From Flavobacteriales bacterium (lineage in GTDB: Bacteria > Bacteroidota > Bacteroidia > CAIKAF01), in assembly GCA_025055635.1 (NCBI GenBank), contig JANWWQ010000003.1, positions 4,849-68,848 of the forward strand: 64,000 nt of DNA, read 5' to 3'. A program made the translations under genes and the position numbers. Shown piece after piece: positions 47,811-58,700 of this stretch (its first letter is position 1; every line of letters begins with the position of its first letter). The notes beneath the pieces were generated by a model that saw nothing but the letters and a program-made list of their open reading frames with translations, did no database searches and was not told the origin of the DNA.

Positions 47811-48077
47811 ATGAAAAGATTGTTTTATGTAATAGTCGGTATTTTGCTTTTTTGGCCAATTAAAGCCCAGGTATCGAATTCTCTAGAGGGTAAAGGCGAA
47901 AAATCGCCGGCTCAAGTGAAAAAGGAAATTAAAAGAGTAAAAAAGGAACACGAAATGGCAGTCAAGCGGGCTGCTAAATATGGTCGTAAAAGGCACCTGG
48001 CCATTCAAGACCCCGCCGTTAGGAAAAGAATTAAGAGAAATTTGCGCCGGTCAAACCGGCAAATGCGCGCCAAATAG
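47811..48077 (+). CDS. Small exported Lys/Arg-rich hypothetical protein
   Basis: MKR plus hydrophobic signal ending IKA-Q; strongly basic, probably helical mature part. Confidence 0.7.
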   Translation: MKRLFYVIVGILLFWPIKAQVSNSLEGKGEKSPAQVKKEIKRVKKEHEMAVKRAAKYGRKRHLAIQDPAVRKRIKRNLRRSNRQMRAK

Positions 48078-48116
48078 CAGTACTTTTGTTGCCCACCAAA
48101 AAATAGAAAAAGCCAC

Positions 48117-48545
48117 ATGAAAGCCCTCGGCTTCGGGGGATGGTTTCTTTTCGGTCTATTAATTGCAGTCCAGGCCCAGACGCCTTACCAGTCAGACGGG
48201 GCGGGCCGGGTGGTTTTCCTCGAAGACAGTGCCACCCTGAAGGCTGTAAAGAAAATTGAGAATGGAGAAATCAGCCAGAAAGGCTACCGGGTTCAGGTGT
48301 TTTCGGAATCGGGTTCGGGGTCCAAGAGCCGGGCGATGAAGGTGCGCGCCGAAGTGAGCGAAAAGTTTTCTGGATTGCCTGTTTATGTTACTTATGAAGC
48401 ACCCAATTTTAAGGTACGGGTTGGTGATTTTCAAACGTTTTTGGAGGCAGCGGCCCTCTGCGAAAAGGCTCGTACTTTTTACCCTTCCTCCTACGTCGTG
48501 GAAGATAAAATTTGGGTGAAAGCTCCCCGCAGTCTTCGGGAATAA
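48117..48545 (+). CDS. SPOR domain (peptidoglycan-binding) protein
   Basis: GYRVQVFS; YEAPNFKVRVGDF..LEA; signal peptide; TACTTTTG element at 48081-48088. Confidence 0.85.
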   Translation: MKALGFGGWFLFGLLIAVQAQTPYQSDGAGRVVFLEDSATLKAVKKIENGEISQKGYRVQVFSESGSGSKSRAMKVRAEVSEKFSGLPVYVTYEAPNFKVRVGDFQTFLEAAALCEKARTFYPSSYVVEDKIWVKAPRSLRE

Positions 48546-48583
48546 ACCAAGCGAAAAGAAAGATTCATTTCCTATTATTAACC

Positions 48584-49774
48584 ATGCACCGATTGGAAAA
48601 ACTATTTTTGGAGCATTTGGCCCCCACAAGTCCAGAGCCTTTAGGCCTTACTGTATCCAGAGCCAGAGGTGCCTACATTTTTGATTTAAAAAACAAAAGA
48701 TACATTGACTTAATCGCCGGTATCTCGGTGGGTGTGGCAGGCCACAGCCATCCGCGAATCTTAAGGGCCTTGCGCAAACAAATGAAACGTCACTTGCATG
48801 TGATGGTGTATGGCGAATTTGTGCAAAGACCCCAAGTAAAACTGGCGGAACGGCTGCTGCGGTATACGGAGGCTCCTATAGATTGTGTATATTTTGTGAA
48901 TTCAGGAGCAGAAGCCACTGAACTGGCCATGAAGTTGGCAAAGAAAGCTACTGGGCGACCCCATTTTGTGGCTTTCCGGGGTGGTTATCATGGCAGCACA
49001 CAGGGAGCACTCTCCCTTATGGCTGAGGAAAAGTGGCGCTTTCCCTTTAGTCCCCTGTTACCGGGTATAGCTTACCTACCCTTCAATGAGATAGAAGCCC
49101 TTAAAACTATTGACCAAAGTACGGCTGCCGTATTTGTAGAGGTGATTCAGGCTGAGACAGGTGCATCGCCAGCCCGACCAGAATTCCTGAAAGCACTTCG
49201 GGACCGCTGCGATGCCACGGGTGCTTTGCTGGTGGTAGATGAGATTCAGACGGGCCTGGGGCGTACCGGCAAGTTCTGGAGCCACTCCTGGTATGGGCTA
49301 CGTCCCGATATCATTCTTTCGGCTAAAGCCTTGGGTGGAGGCCTTCCCCTTGGAGCGGTGCTGGCTTCAAGACACTTATTCAAAATCTTGGCCAACCATC
49401 CCCCTTTGGGCCACATAACCACCTTTGGGGGAAATCCACTTAGTTGCGCAGCTGCTTTAGGAATGTTGGAAGTTTTGGAAAAAGAAAACCTTTGTGCTCA
49501 AGCCATAGAAAAAGAAAAAATAATACGCGAGACTTTAGTGCATCCTCAGGTTGCAGAAGTTCGGGGAAGAGGTTTGCTTCTGGCCCTCGTTTTGAGACAA
49601 AAAGGTGCCGCACCTCGCCTAGCCCGACAATGCCTAGAAGCTGGTGTTATGACCGACTGGTTCCTGTTTAGTGAGGATGCTCTAAGAATTGCACCACCGC
49701 TTAATATTCCTGAAAAGGTGCTTCAAAAGGCACTTAACATTCTTTTAAAAGTTATTGAGAAAGAGGCTAAATGA
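48584..49774 (+). CDS. Class III PLP aminotransferase (acetylornithine aminotransferase-like)
   Basis: YIDLIAGISV; NSGAEATE; YHGST; DEIQTG.GRTG; AKALGGG; TTFGGNP; VRGRGL. Confidence 0.88.
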   Translation: MHRLEKLFLEHLAPTSPEPLGLTVSRARGAYIFDLKNKRYIDLIAGISVGVAGHSHPRILRALRKQMKRHLHVMVYGEFVQRPQVKLAERLLRYTEAPIDCVYFVNSGAEATELAMKLAKKATGRPHFVAFRGGYHGSTQGALSLMAEEKWRFPFSPLLPGIAYLPFNEIEALKTIDQSTAAVFVEVIQAETGASPARPEFLKALRDRCDATGALLVVDEIQTGLGRTGKFWSHSWYGLRPDIILSAKALGGGLPLGAVLASRHLFKILANHPPLGHITTFGGNPLSCAAALGMLEVLEKENLCAQAIEKEKIIRETLVHPQVAEVRGRGLLLALVLRQKGAAPRLARQCLEAGVMTDWFLFSEDALRIAPPLNIPEKVLQKALNILLKVIEKEAK

Positions 49775-50091
49775 TAACATAGGGCCAATTATTCTTTTGG
49801 ATGTAGTAAGTGAGATAATCTTGATTTAAAAAAGACGGTGCAAAGCTGCGACTGGAATCCATAATGTTAAAAAAGGAGACATTTTTGTAAACGACTCTCG
49901 AAAAATCTAAAAAATCAGGTCAGCGGAGACGATGATCAAATTCCTCTCAGGTGTAATTAGCGATTACTGGGATAACCATAGTTTCCTGGTTCACCCCAAA
50001 AAAGTAAAAAGTTTGTAAAAACCTGTTAGTACACTTTGAGGAAAAAGACATTTTTTATTTATTTTGCCATATAAATCTGATTATAAAAGTT

Positions 50092-52689
50092 ATGATACGC
50101 CTTGTATGTCTTCCCTTCCTAATTGGAGTAGTGACGTGCAAAGTGTTACAGGGTCAAAACGTGGAGTTCAAAAAACAGAACTTTCCCAACGACCCTGAAG
50201 GGTTTCGTAAAGCCTATGAGGCCCTAACTAAAGGTGATCAAGAGCTTTCCCTGGGGCCCAGCGGATTTCAGAGGGCATTGAATTATTATCTGGAGGCGTA
50301 TCGTTTCAATCCTAACAATGCCGACCTGAATTACAAGTTGGGAGTTATCTACAATGCCATGGGATTTAAAGGGGAGGCCGCCGATTACTTTGACAGAGCA
50401 GGCCAGCTGGATAACAAGTATAAAAAAGAAGCCAGTAAGCTCACTGCAGAGCTGCTGCACCTGGACATGCAGTGGGACAGGGCCATCGCCGCCTATTCTG
50501 AATACATTTCTACACTGGAAGCTGAAAAAGCATCCACCAAGGACAAGGCCCGCATCAGGGAAATTGAACAAGAAATTTTTTCGCTACGTCACGCCATAAG
50601 GCAATGTCAGAACGGGATGGAAATCTGTAAGGACACTATTCCTGTGGCTATCATGAATCTGGGGCGCAATGTGAATTCACGATACCCAGACTTTTCGGGG
50701 GTAATGGTGGGTAATTTTGATAAAATTTATTTCACCTCCCGTCGTCCCAATACCACCGGCGGTGGCATTCCTCCGGGAGACGTCTATTACTTTGAGGATA
50801 TTTATTATGTTTTTAAGGATTCTTCAGGAAATTATGTGTCAGCTAGGCAGGTGCCCGGAAAAATTAATACCCCTAACCATGATGCCACAGTAGCTATTAC
50901 GCCCGATGAAAAAAAGATGATTATTGTAAGACCCAAAAGTGCCACTGACTCTGATTTGTTTGAAGCCACCTTTGACGGTAAAGAGTGGTCGGATGCCAGG
51001 CCGATGGAAGGAATTAACTCCAAATATAGAGAAACGCACGCCACTTATTTGCCTAATGGCAAACTGTTATTCGTGTCAAACGATCCTGAGAAAGGGGCTC
51101 GCGGGCTGGATATCTTCATTGCCGAATACGATAACGCACAAGGCAAATGGGTTAACCCCCGCTTGGTCAATGAACTTAATACAGAATTCAATGAAGATGG
51201 TGTGTTTATGGCACCAGATGGTGTCACCCTCTACTTTACCTCAGAAGGTCATAATTCAATGGGTGGATACGATTTTTTCAAATCTACCCTTAACCCCGAC
51301 GGTACCTTTTCAAAGCCTCAAAATTTAGGATACCCCATCAACTCTCCAGGAAACGACGTATTTATTGTAGTTACTGCAGACGGAAAAAATGCTCTTTTTG
51401 ATAGCAATAGAAAAGGAGGTTTTGGAGAAAAGGATTTGTATAGAATGACATTCCTTGAAAAACTAGACATGGTATTATTTGGGACGGTTTATGATACCAA
51501 AACAAAAAAAGTGATTCCAAATGCAGTTGTTAGAATTACCGACATGAGTGATAATAGGCCTGTAACGTTGTCTCCAAAAGCTGAGCCTGGTAATTATTTT
51601 ACCTCAGATGTGAAGGTATCAAAACTTTACAAGGCTTCCGTGACAGCAGCAGGATATCAATCTTATGAAGAAGTATTTAAGACCGTACTCACCAATTTAG
51701 ATAGCCTTCAGATGAGAAAGGACTTTTATCTGGAAAAAGCTGTGGTACTAACCCTGCGCGGAAGTGTTATAGATATAAATACAAAACAGAAAGTACCTGC
51801 TAAAGTAGAACTTGTGCGTACCAATGCAGACGAACGATTGACCCTAAATTCCGATGAGGTGAGAGGATACAGCACCAGTACAACCAATGGTGCTGCCTAT
51901 AATGCTCGCGTAGTGGCAGAGGGTTATCAACCCGTATCAGAATCATTCATAGTGAATTTAAGCGGTGATCAAACTGTTTTTGAGAAAAATTTTTATGTAT
52001 CAAAGCGTACCGAGGCTCGAAGCTTACGCGTTATTGGGCGTATTGTAGATTGTACTACTCGTGAAAAACTCAATGGTACAATACAAATTTTAGATGCTAA
52101 AGGGCAAGTACTTCAGTCACTGAAATCCACCGCTGCTGAGGGATTTGCTTCAAAGGAGTTGAAAACCAACACTCCTTATTTTGCTGTCGTAAAGGCCGAT
52201 GGCTACAACGATAGAGAGGAGCGATTTGAAATAATAGCTGCTGAGGATCAGACTGAGTATGAAAAAGAGTTTTGCCTTGAGAAGCCTTTTTCGCAGAAAA
52301 AACTTGCTATAAAAAATATCTATTTTGATTTTGATAAATATAATCTTCGCCCTGACGCCCTCAAAGAAATTCAAAATGTTTTGAGGATTTTACAAGAAGA
52401 ACCCACTGCGAAAGTAGAAATCTTTGCCCACTGTGATATCATTGGTACTTACGAATATAATGTTCAATTATCATTAAATCGGGCTCTCACCGTATACAAC
52501 TGGTTGTACGAGCATGGCATATCCAAGGACAGAATGCGGTATAGCTACTACAGTTTCTCCAAGCCAGCAGCCCCAAATTTTACCCCCGAGGGAAAGGATA
52601 ATCCGCAAGGAAGGGCCTTAAACCGGAGGGTGGAATTTCGGATCTATGATTTGTCAACGGGTCAGGAATTAGACACAAGAAAGAAATAA
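50092..52689 (+). CDS. TPR / PD40 / three carboxypeptidase-regulatory-like domains / OmpA-C peptidoglycan-binding protein (PorE-like architecture)
   Basis: TPR helices; YFTSRR, LYFTSEGH..GGYD and NLGYPINS PD40 motifs; NIYFDFDK; HCD..YN..LS..RA; LNRRVEF. Confidence 0.88.
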   Translation: MIRLVCLPFLIGVVTCKVLQGQNVEFKKQNFPNDPEGFRKAYEALTKGDQELSLGPSGFQRALNYYLEAYRFNPNNADLNYKLGVIYNAMGFKGEAADYFDRAGQLDNKYKKEASKLTAELLHLDMQWDRAIAAYSEYISTLEAEKASTKDKARIREIEQEIFSLRHAIRQCQNGMEICKDTIPVAIMNLGRNVNSRYPDFSGVMVGNFDKIYFTSRRPNTTGGGIPPGDVYYFEDIYYVFKDSSGNYVSARQVPGKINTPNHDATVAITPDEKKMIIVRPKSATDSDLFEATFDGKEWSDARPMEGINSKYRETHATYLPNGKLLFVSNDPEKGARGLDIFIAEYDNAQGKWVNPRLVNELNTEFNEDGVFMAPDGVTLYFTSEGHNSMGGYDFFKSTLNPDGTFSKPQNLGYPINSPGNDVFIVVTADGKNALFDSNRKGGFGEKDLYRMTFLEKLDMVLFGTVYDTKTKKVIPNAVVRITDMSDNRPVTLSPKAEPGNYFTSDVKVSKLYKASVTAAGYQSYEEVFKTVLTNLDSLQMRKDFYLEKAVVLTLRGSVIDINTKQKVPAKVELVRTNADERLTLNSDEVRGYSTSTTNGAAYNARVVAEGYQPVSESFIVNLSGDQTVFEKNFYVSKRTEARSLRVIGRIVDCTTREKLNGTIQILDAKGQVLQSLKSTAAEGFASKELKTNTPYFAVVKADGYNDREERFEIIAAEDQTEYEKEFCLEKPFSQKKLAIKNIYFDFDKYNLRPDALKEIQNVLRILQEEPTAKVEIFAHCDIIGTYEYNVQLSLNRALTVYNWLYEHGISKDRMRYSYYSFSKPAAPNFTPEGKDNPQGRALNRRVEFRIYDLSTGQELDTRKK

Positions 52690-52732
52690 CTTAACGATTG
52701 TTGTCTTTTAGAAATTAATCTGGAAAATAAAA

Positions 52733-54835
52733 TTAAGCAATTTGACGCCAGAAGCTTTCTGACTTTTTAAGAGAGTTTAAGGTACTTTTGATAGGTTCAT
52801 GCAAGGGACTTACCAGAAAAGGATCACCCTCCAAGACCTGACGGGCTGCCCTGTCTGCTTGCTGAAGGACGTGCACATCTTTGCTTAGGTCTGCTAAACG
52901 AAAGCGCATATTTCCACTCTGGCGGGTACCTTCTAAATCTCCAGCCCCTCGCAGACGAAGGTCTTCTTCTGCGATGCGGAAACCATCTTGGGTGGACACC
53001 ATTACTTGTAAGCGGGCCCGACCCTCTGCACTAATATTGGGGCTTGCCAAAAGAATGCAGTATGATTGTTCAGCTCCTCTGCCCACGCGGCCCCTTAGCT
53101 GGTGAAGCTGCGCCAGCCCGAAACGCTCCGCATGCTCAATGACCATCACGGAGGCGTTGGGAACATTGACACCCACTTCAATGACTGTGGTGGCGACTAG
53201 AATTTGGGCTTCACCTCTAGCAAAGCGTTGCATGGCTTGTTCTTTTTCAGCCTGATTCATGCGCCCATGCAACATCTCCACTGACCATTGCGGGAAGCTT
53301 TTCTTCACCTGTTCATAGCCCTTTAATAGAGGGGTATAATCCAGCTTTTCAGACTCTTCAATCAACGGAAATACCCAATAGACCTGACGGCCTTTAGCCA
53401 ATTCTCCTTGTACAAGGTGAAGGAGCTGGGAATGTTGTGAAGGCAACAACAAACGGGTGATGACTGGTTTCCGACCGGGCGGTAATTCGTCCAGAACGCT
53501 CACATCCAGGTCGCCATAGATAGTAAGGGCCAGCGTACGGGGAATGGGTGTGGCCGTCATGATCAGTACATGGGGTGGTACAACATTTTTCTGCCACATC
53601 TTGCCCCTTTGTGCCACTCCAAATCGGTGCTGCTCATCAATCACGGCGAGAGCGAGGTTGCGGAATTTTACGTCTTCTTCTAGAAGGGCGTGGGTGCCTA
53701 CCACTATAGGCAGTCGACCATCCCTCAAAGAGGTAAGGATGTCCTGGCGCTGATTCCGGGGGGTGGAACCCGTCAACAATGCCACCGGGACCCGCAAAGG
53801 TTTCAGATAGTCGCTAATGGCGTAGTAATGCTGTTGGGCAAGTATTTCGGTTGGTGCCATCATAGCAGCTTGGAAGCCTGCGTCCACCACACTGAGCATG
53901 CTCAGGAGGGCCACAATAGTCTTTCCGCTTCCTACATCTCCTTGCAACAGGCGACTCATCTGACGGCCGCTGGCCATGTCCTCGCGAATCTCGCGCAGGA
54001 CACGAATTTGAGCCCCGGTAAGAGGAAAAGGTAAATGGTGTTGGTAAAATTCCTTCACCAGGCGGTTAGTCCGGGGCACTTCCAGGCCCGGATTTTCTCG
54101 TTTTCGCCCCAGGTTGAGTTGCAACAACTGAAGCCTGAGGAAAAATAGCTCTTCAAATTTGAGGCGGAAGAGCGCCTTTTTCAATTCAGCCTCCGAGGAT
54201 GGAAAATGTATCTGACAAAGTGCATGATGCCGGCTGCACAGTTTGTATTCGGACAATATATCCTCACTAAGAGTTTCACTAAATGTAAAGGGGATATTCT
54301 CCATTAATTGCCGCATTATGTCTTCAATTGCCCGACTGTCCAGCCCTGCCTTTTTCATCTTTTCAGTTGTGGTGTAAAGGGGAACAAGTCCCACACGCCG
54401 GCTTTCGGTACCCCCTGAAATGCGTTCCATTTCTGGATGGGCAATACTGAAATGGCGGCCCAACTTCATCAAACGACCAAATACCAAATATTCGGCGCCG
54501 GCAATTAAACTTTTTCTAATGTACCTAATTCCCTGGAACCAGGTGAGTTCCACTGAACCAGTGTGATCTGTGAGAGTGGCTGAGAGCCGGCGGTGAGGTC
54601 CCCTTTCTACTAGACGGATGTCAGAAATGCGGCCCCGCAGTTGGGCAAAAGGCTGACCTTCCTGCAGAGTGGCGGCCAGGTCAATACGGGTCCGGTCAAG
54701 GTGCCTGTAAGGGAAATACATCAAAAGGTCGCCGGCTGTGAACACGGAAACTTCCTCTCGCAATAGCTGGGCGCGGCGCGGCCCCACCCCTTTCACATAC
54801 TCTACCGGCATTAGCCACCAACGTCGCTCATCCAT
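52733..54835 (-). CDS. recG: ATP-dependent DNA helicase RecG
   Basis: LLQGDVGSGKT; MAPTEILA; DEQHRFGV; MTATPIPR; ERFGLAQLHQLRGRVGRG. A TAATTTTG element at 54845-54852 favours the ATG at 54835. Confidence 0.97.
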   Translation of the reverse strand: MDERRWWLMPVEYVKGVGPRRAQLLREEVSVFTAGDLLMYFPYRHLDRTRIDLAATLQEGQPFAQLRGRISDIRLVERGPHRRLSATLTDHTGSVELTWFQGIRYIRKSLIAGAEYLVFGRLMKLGRHFSIAHPEMERISGGTESRRVGLVPLYTTTEKMKKAGLDSRAIEDIMRQLMENIPFTFSETLSEDILSEYKLCSRHHALCQIHFPSSEAELKKALFRLKFEELFFLRLQLLQLNLGRKRENPGLEVPRTNRLVKEFYQHHLPFPLTGAQIRVLREIREDMASGRQMSRLLQGDVGSGKTIVALLSMLSVVDAGFQAAMMAPTEILAQQHYYAISDYLKPLRVPVALLTGSTPRNQRQDILTSLRDGRLPIVVGTHALLEEDVKFRNLALAVIDEQHRFGVAQRGKMWQKNVVPPHVLIMTATPIPRTLALTIYGDLDVSVLDELPPGRKPVITRLLLPSQHSQLLHLVQGELAKGRQVYWVFPLIEESEKLDYTPLLKGYEQVKKSFPQWSVEMLHGRMNQAEKEQAMQRFARGEAQILVATTVIEVGVNVPNASVMVIEHAERFGLAQLHQLRGRVGRGAEQSYCILLASPNISAEGRARLQVMVSTQDGFRIAEEDLRLRGAGDLEGTRQSGNMRFRLADLSKDVHVLQQADRAARQVLEGDPFLVSPLHEPIKSTLNSLKKSESFWRQIA

Positions 54836-54942
54836 CTTGCCGCTCAAAATTACCTGAACCTCAGCCTTTCAGGGATTTTGAAGGATCCGAGCGTAAGGGG
54901 TTTCTCTTACATAGAAAAGGACGCTAAAAGGTGTGAAATTCC

Positions 54943-55305
54943 TTACTGCGGCTTCAGTTTTTCGTTGACCAGATGGCGGAGACGATCGCGGGTGGTTTTT
55001 TTCTGTATGTTTTCCAAGAAGGCCTTTTCCATATCCACGCCCATTTGATTAGCCAGGCATAGGAGCACCCAGAGGATATCAGCCAGTTCATCAGATAGAG
55101 AAACGTGGCCTTCGCCTGGTTTAGTTGACTGTTCACCGAATCTACGGGCCATGAGGCGGGCCAATTCCCCAACCTCCTCCATTAGAAGAGCTAAGTTGGT
55201 CAATTCACTGAAGTATCGTACGCCGTATGTTCGGATCCAGTGATCTACCTGTTGCTGAGCTTCACGCAACGAAAGGACATGATCTGAATGAGAAGGAGCC
55301 TCCAC
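54943..55305 (-). CDS. MazG-like nucleotide pyrophosphohydrolase (YpjD family)
   Basis: VDHWI..GVRYFSELTN; EEVGELAR; DELAD; LANQ; KKTTRD. Confidence 0.88.
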   Translation of the reverse strand: MEAPSHSDHVLSLREAQQQVDHWIRTYGVRYFSELTNLALLMEEVGELARLMARRFGEQSTKPGEGHVSLSDELADILWVLLCLANQMGVDMEKAFLENIQKKTTRDRLRHLVNEKLKPQ

Positions 55306-55719
55306 TTAACAATACTGGTCGTACAGGGCCTTTAAATGTTGGGCAATCATCTCTGGGGAACGCCCCTCAATCATATGGCGTTCAATCATGTGCAGCAACT
55401 CACCGTCTTTCAGGAGGGCAATACTGGGTGATGACGGTGGATAAGGCAATAGGTAACGACGTGCTGCCGCGGTGGCCTCTTTATCTACACCCGCAAATAC
55501 GGTGATGAGATGATCAGGCCTCTTAGGGTGGTTGAGGGACATAATAACACCTGGCCGAGCAGAGCCTGCCGCACATCCACAAACACTGTTTATAACCAAA
55601 AGTACCGTCCCTCGCTGTGTTCGAAAAAATTCGTCTACTTCTTCGGCTGTTTCCAGTGAAATAAATTGATGATCAGTAAGCTGGTTCTTAAAAGGTATTA
55701 CAAGTTCGGGCGGATACAT
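55306..55719 (-). CDS. BrxA/BrxB family bacilliredoxin
   Basis: MYPPELV; INSVCGCAAGSARPG; TVFAGVDKEAT; PPSSPSIAL; ERHMIEG. Confidence 0.93.
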   Translation of the reverse strand: MYPPELVIPFKNQLTDHQFISLETAEEVDEFFRTQRGTVLLVINSVCGCAAGSARPGVIMSLNHPKRPDHLITVFAGVDKEATAAARRYLLPYPPSSPSIALLKDGELLHMIERHMIEGRSPEMIAQHLKALYDQYC

Positions 55720-55743
55720 TTTATTTTAATGATTTTTAAAAAG

Positions 55744-55773
55744 TTAATTTTGCCAATTTTCTTGCAAAATTAA
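55744..55773. promoter_or_regulatory. Bidirectional promoter: inverted pair of TAATTTTG -7 elements
   Basis: Perfect inverted repeat TTAATTTTGC-N10-GCAAAATTAA between the divergent brx and M16 genes. Confidence 0.7.
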
Positions 55774-55785
55774 TAAGGGGTAACT

Positions 55786-58700
55786 ATGAAAATGCTTACA
55801 CAAAATTTTTGTTTTACCCTGGGGATGAGTTTTCTGCTTTTCCTTTGGCCTGCCTATACAAGGAGTCAGAAAGGTGATCGTTATGCGCTTGTGGAAACGG
55901 TGGGGCCCGCCCCAGGCACCATAAATATCCCTTATAAAAAATACAAATTTTCCAATGGACTTACCTTATTGGTCCATGAAGACCACAGTGACCCTGTTGT
56001 GTACGTAGATGTCACGTACCATGTGGGCTCAGGGCGTGAGATTTATGGGCGAAGTGGCTTTGCCCATTTTTTTGAGCACATGATGTTTCAAGGCTCCGAA
56101 CATGTGGGCGATGAGGAACATTTCAGAATTATTACGGAGGCCGGAGGCACTCTGAACGGCACAACCAACACTGACCGTACCAACTACTTCGAGACAATAC
56201 CTTCCAACCAGTTGGAAGTGGCCTTATGGCTGGAAAGCGACCGAATGGGATGGTTCCTGGATGCTGTGACGCCCGAAAAGTTTGAAGTGCAAAGGGCCAC
56301 GGTGAAAAATGAGCGCGGCCAGAATTATGACAATGCCCCGTATGGCCTGGTGGGCGAAAAGCTGCGCGAAGGATTGTATCCGTTCAATCATCCTTATTCC
56401 TGGAGCACCATTGGGTATATTGAGGACTTGAATGCTGCCACACTGGATGATTTGAAGCGATTCTTTCTGCGCTGGTATGGACCCAACAACGCCATCCTGA
56501 CCGTGGCCGGTGACGTCCAGGCCGATCAGGTAGCAGCCCTCGTGGATAAATACTTTAGCGACATCCCCTCTGGTCCGCTGGTTTCAGCCCCTGCTCCTCA
56601 ACCTGTGAGGTTGGAAAAAGATAGATTCATTTCTTATGAGGACAATGTCAAGATGCCTCTCATCAAACTGGTGTGGCCCACCGTAGACCAGACCCATCCC
56701 GATGCTCTGGCACTAGATGCCGTAGCTTTTGCTCTTGGTCATGGAAAAAGTTCACCCCTGTATCAAAAACTGGTGAAGACCCAGATGGCTCAATCAGTAT
56801 TAGCCAACCACCCCACTTTTGAATTGACGGGCCATCTGGAGGCTACGGTGTATGCTCTGCCCGGACAAAGCTTGGAGAAAATCAGAAATACCGTCCTGGA
56901 ATGTCTGAAAGAATTAGCTGCAAAAGGAATTTCAGAAGAGGTACTCAAAAGATTTAAAAGCATCACTGAAGCCCAGGTACTTAATAGTTTGCGAACCGTT
57001 CAGGGAAAGGGCAGCAGGTTGGCCTACTATGCCACATTCTTTCCCACACCGGATTATCTGCCTCGGTACCTGAAAGCTTTACAGGAACTCACCGTACTCC
57101 AGGTCAATGGAGCGATGAAAAAATATATTTTAGATAAGCCTTGTCTTACGGTAAGCTGCGTGCCCAAAGGACAAAGCGCTCAATTGCCTGCCCCTGACAA
57201 TGTGAGCCGGCCAACGCCTCCGCCGGACTTCAAGCCTGATTTAAAAGAGTATAACAATCTCACCTATAGCAAACCAAAATCTTCGATTGACAGAAGTAGA
57301 AAACCCACGCCGGGACCTTCTCCCGTCGTTAATAGTCCTGATTTCACCGTTAAAACTTCTCCTAAAGAAGTCTCCTTTGTGGTAACTCCCTACAATGAAT
57401 TACCAGTTACAGACATTCTGGTCAGTATTTTGGGAGGGTATGCTAAGGACATAGCTTCCAAAGCCGGAGTTACTGCTTTGATGGCTTCCCTTATGCGCGA
57501 ATCCACCCAAAATTTTACGGCCGAGGCTTTATCCGATCGGTTGGAGTTATTGGGCTGTTCTTTGGAAGTGTCCGGAGAAAGAGATGAGGTAAACGTAGCC
57601 CTTTCCTGTCCAAACCGCAATCTGGACAAAGGAATAAACCTTTTAAAAGAGGTGCTTTTTTATCCCCAATTTAAGGAAGACGAATTCAAGCGAGCCCGCG
57701 ACAGACAACTACAAAGCCTGCGCAACCAGAGCGTCAATGCCCGTAGCATAGCCCATTATGTAATGTGCAAAAAAAGCTATGTGCCCACTTTGGCTGCCTC
57801 TCTGCCGGACTTGGGCACCGAAGAAACTCTCTCCAGCCTCACTGTGGAAGATATAAAGGCGCGCCATAGAATGCTGCTCATGCAACCCGATTTGGTAACT
57901 GTGGCTGTAGTAGGCGCTATCAATGCTGAAGAGGTGCCTGAAAAACTAGGTTTTTTGTGGAACTGGGAATCCCCTTACCCCCTTCTGGAAAAGCCCAAAA
58001 TTCCGGAGCCCGATTTTGATGCCTTTCCTTCAGGAAAGGCCCCCCCTCCTGGAAGCGAACAAACTAAAGAAGAACTTCCTCCAGACATAAAAGAAAAAAT
58101 TGTTCAAATAAGAAGGTTATTCGCCCCTCCAAAGTCTCCTCCAATTTTATTCAATCCCCAAGAAAAAACTACCATCTTTTTTGCCCATAAGGAAAATGCC
58201 CCTCAGTCGCATATTCTGGTGGCAATGAAAGGTGTCATGTACCATCCGCTGGCTGAAAGCTTTTTGTGCAGAATCATCAATTTTCCGCTGGGAGGCGGAT
58301 TCAATAGCCGACTCAATCAAAATTTACGGGAAAAAAGAGGCTATACGTATGGAATCAGATCTTCTTTTTCTACAACCCGCTATAATGATGTATGGACCTG
58401 TGCGGCAGCTGTTAAAAAAGAGGCTACCGACACAGCGCTGTTGGAAATATTGAGGGAAATCAAAGAATACGCCGAAAAAGGTATGACTCCTGAAGAACAT
58501 GAATTCACCAAGAAAGCGCTTCTTCTCAGTGACGCTCTTAAATATGAATCTCCAGCCCAGAAGGCTTCTTACCTAAAAATGATCTCTGAATTTGGATTTG
58601 TAAAAGATATCCCTCAAAGGCAAAAAGAACTTTTAGAACGGGTGACTTTGCTGCAACTGAATGAAAAAGCCCGCATGCATTTTGCAGATAAACCTTTTAC

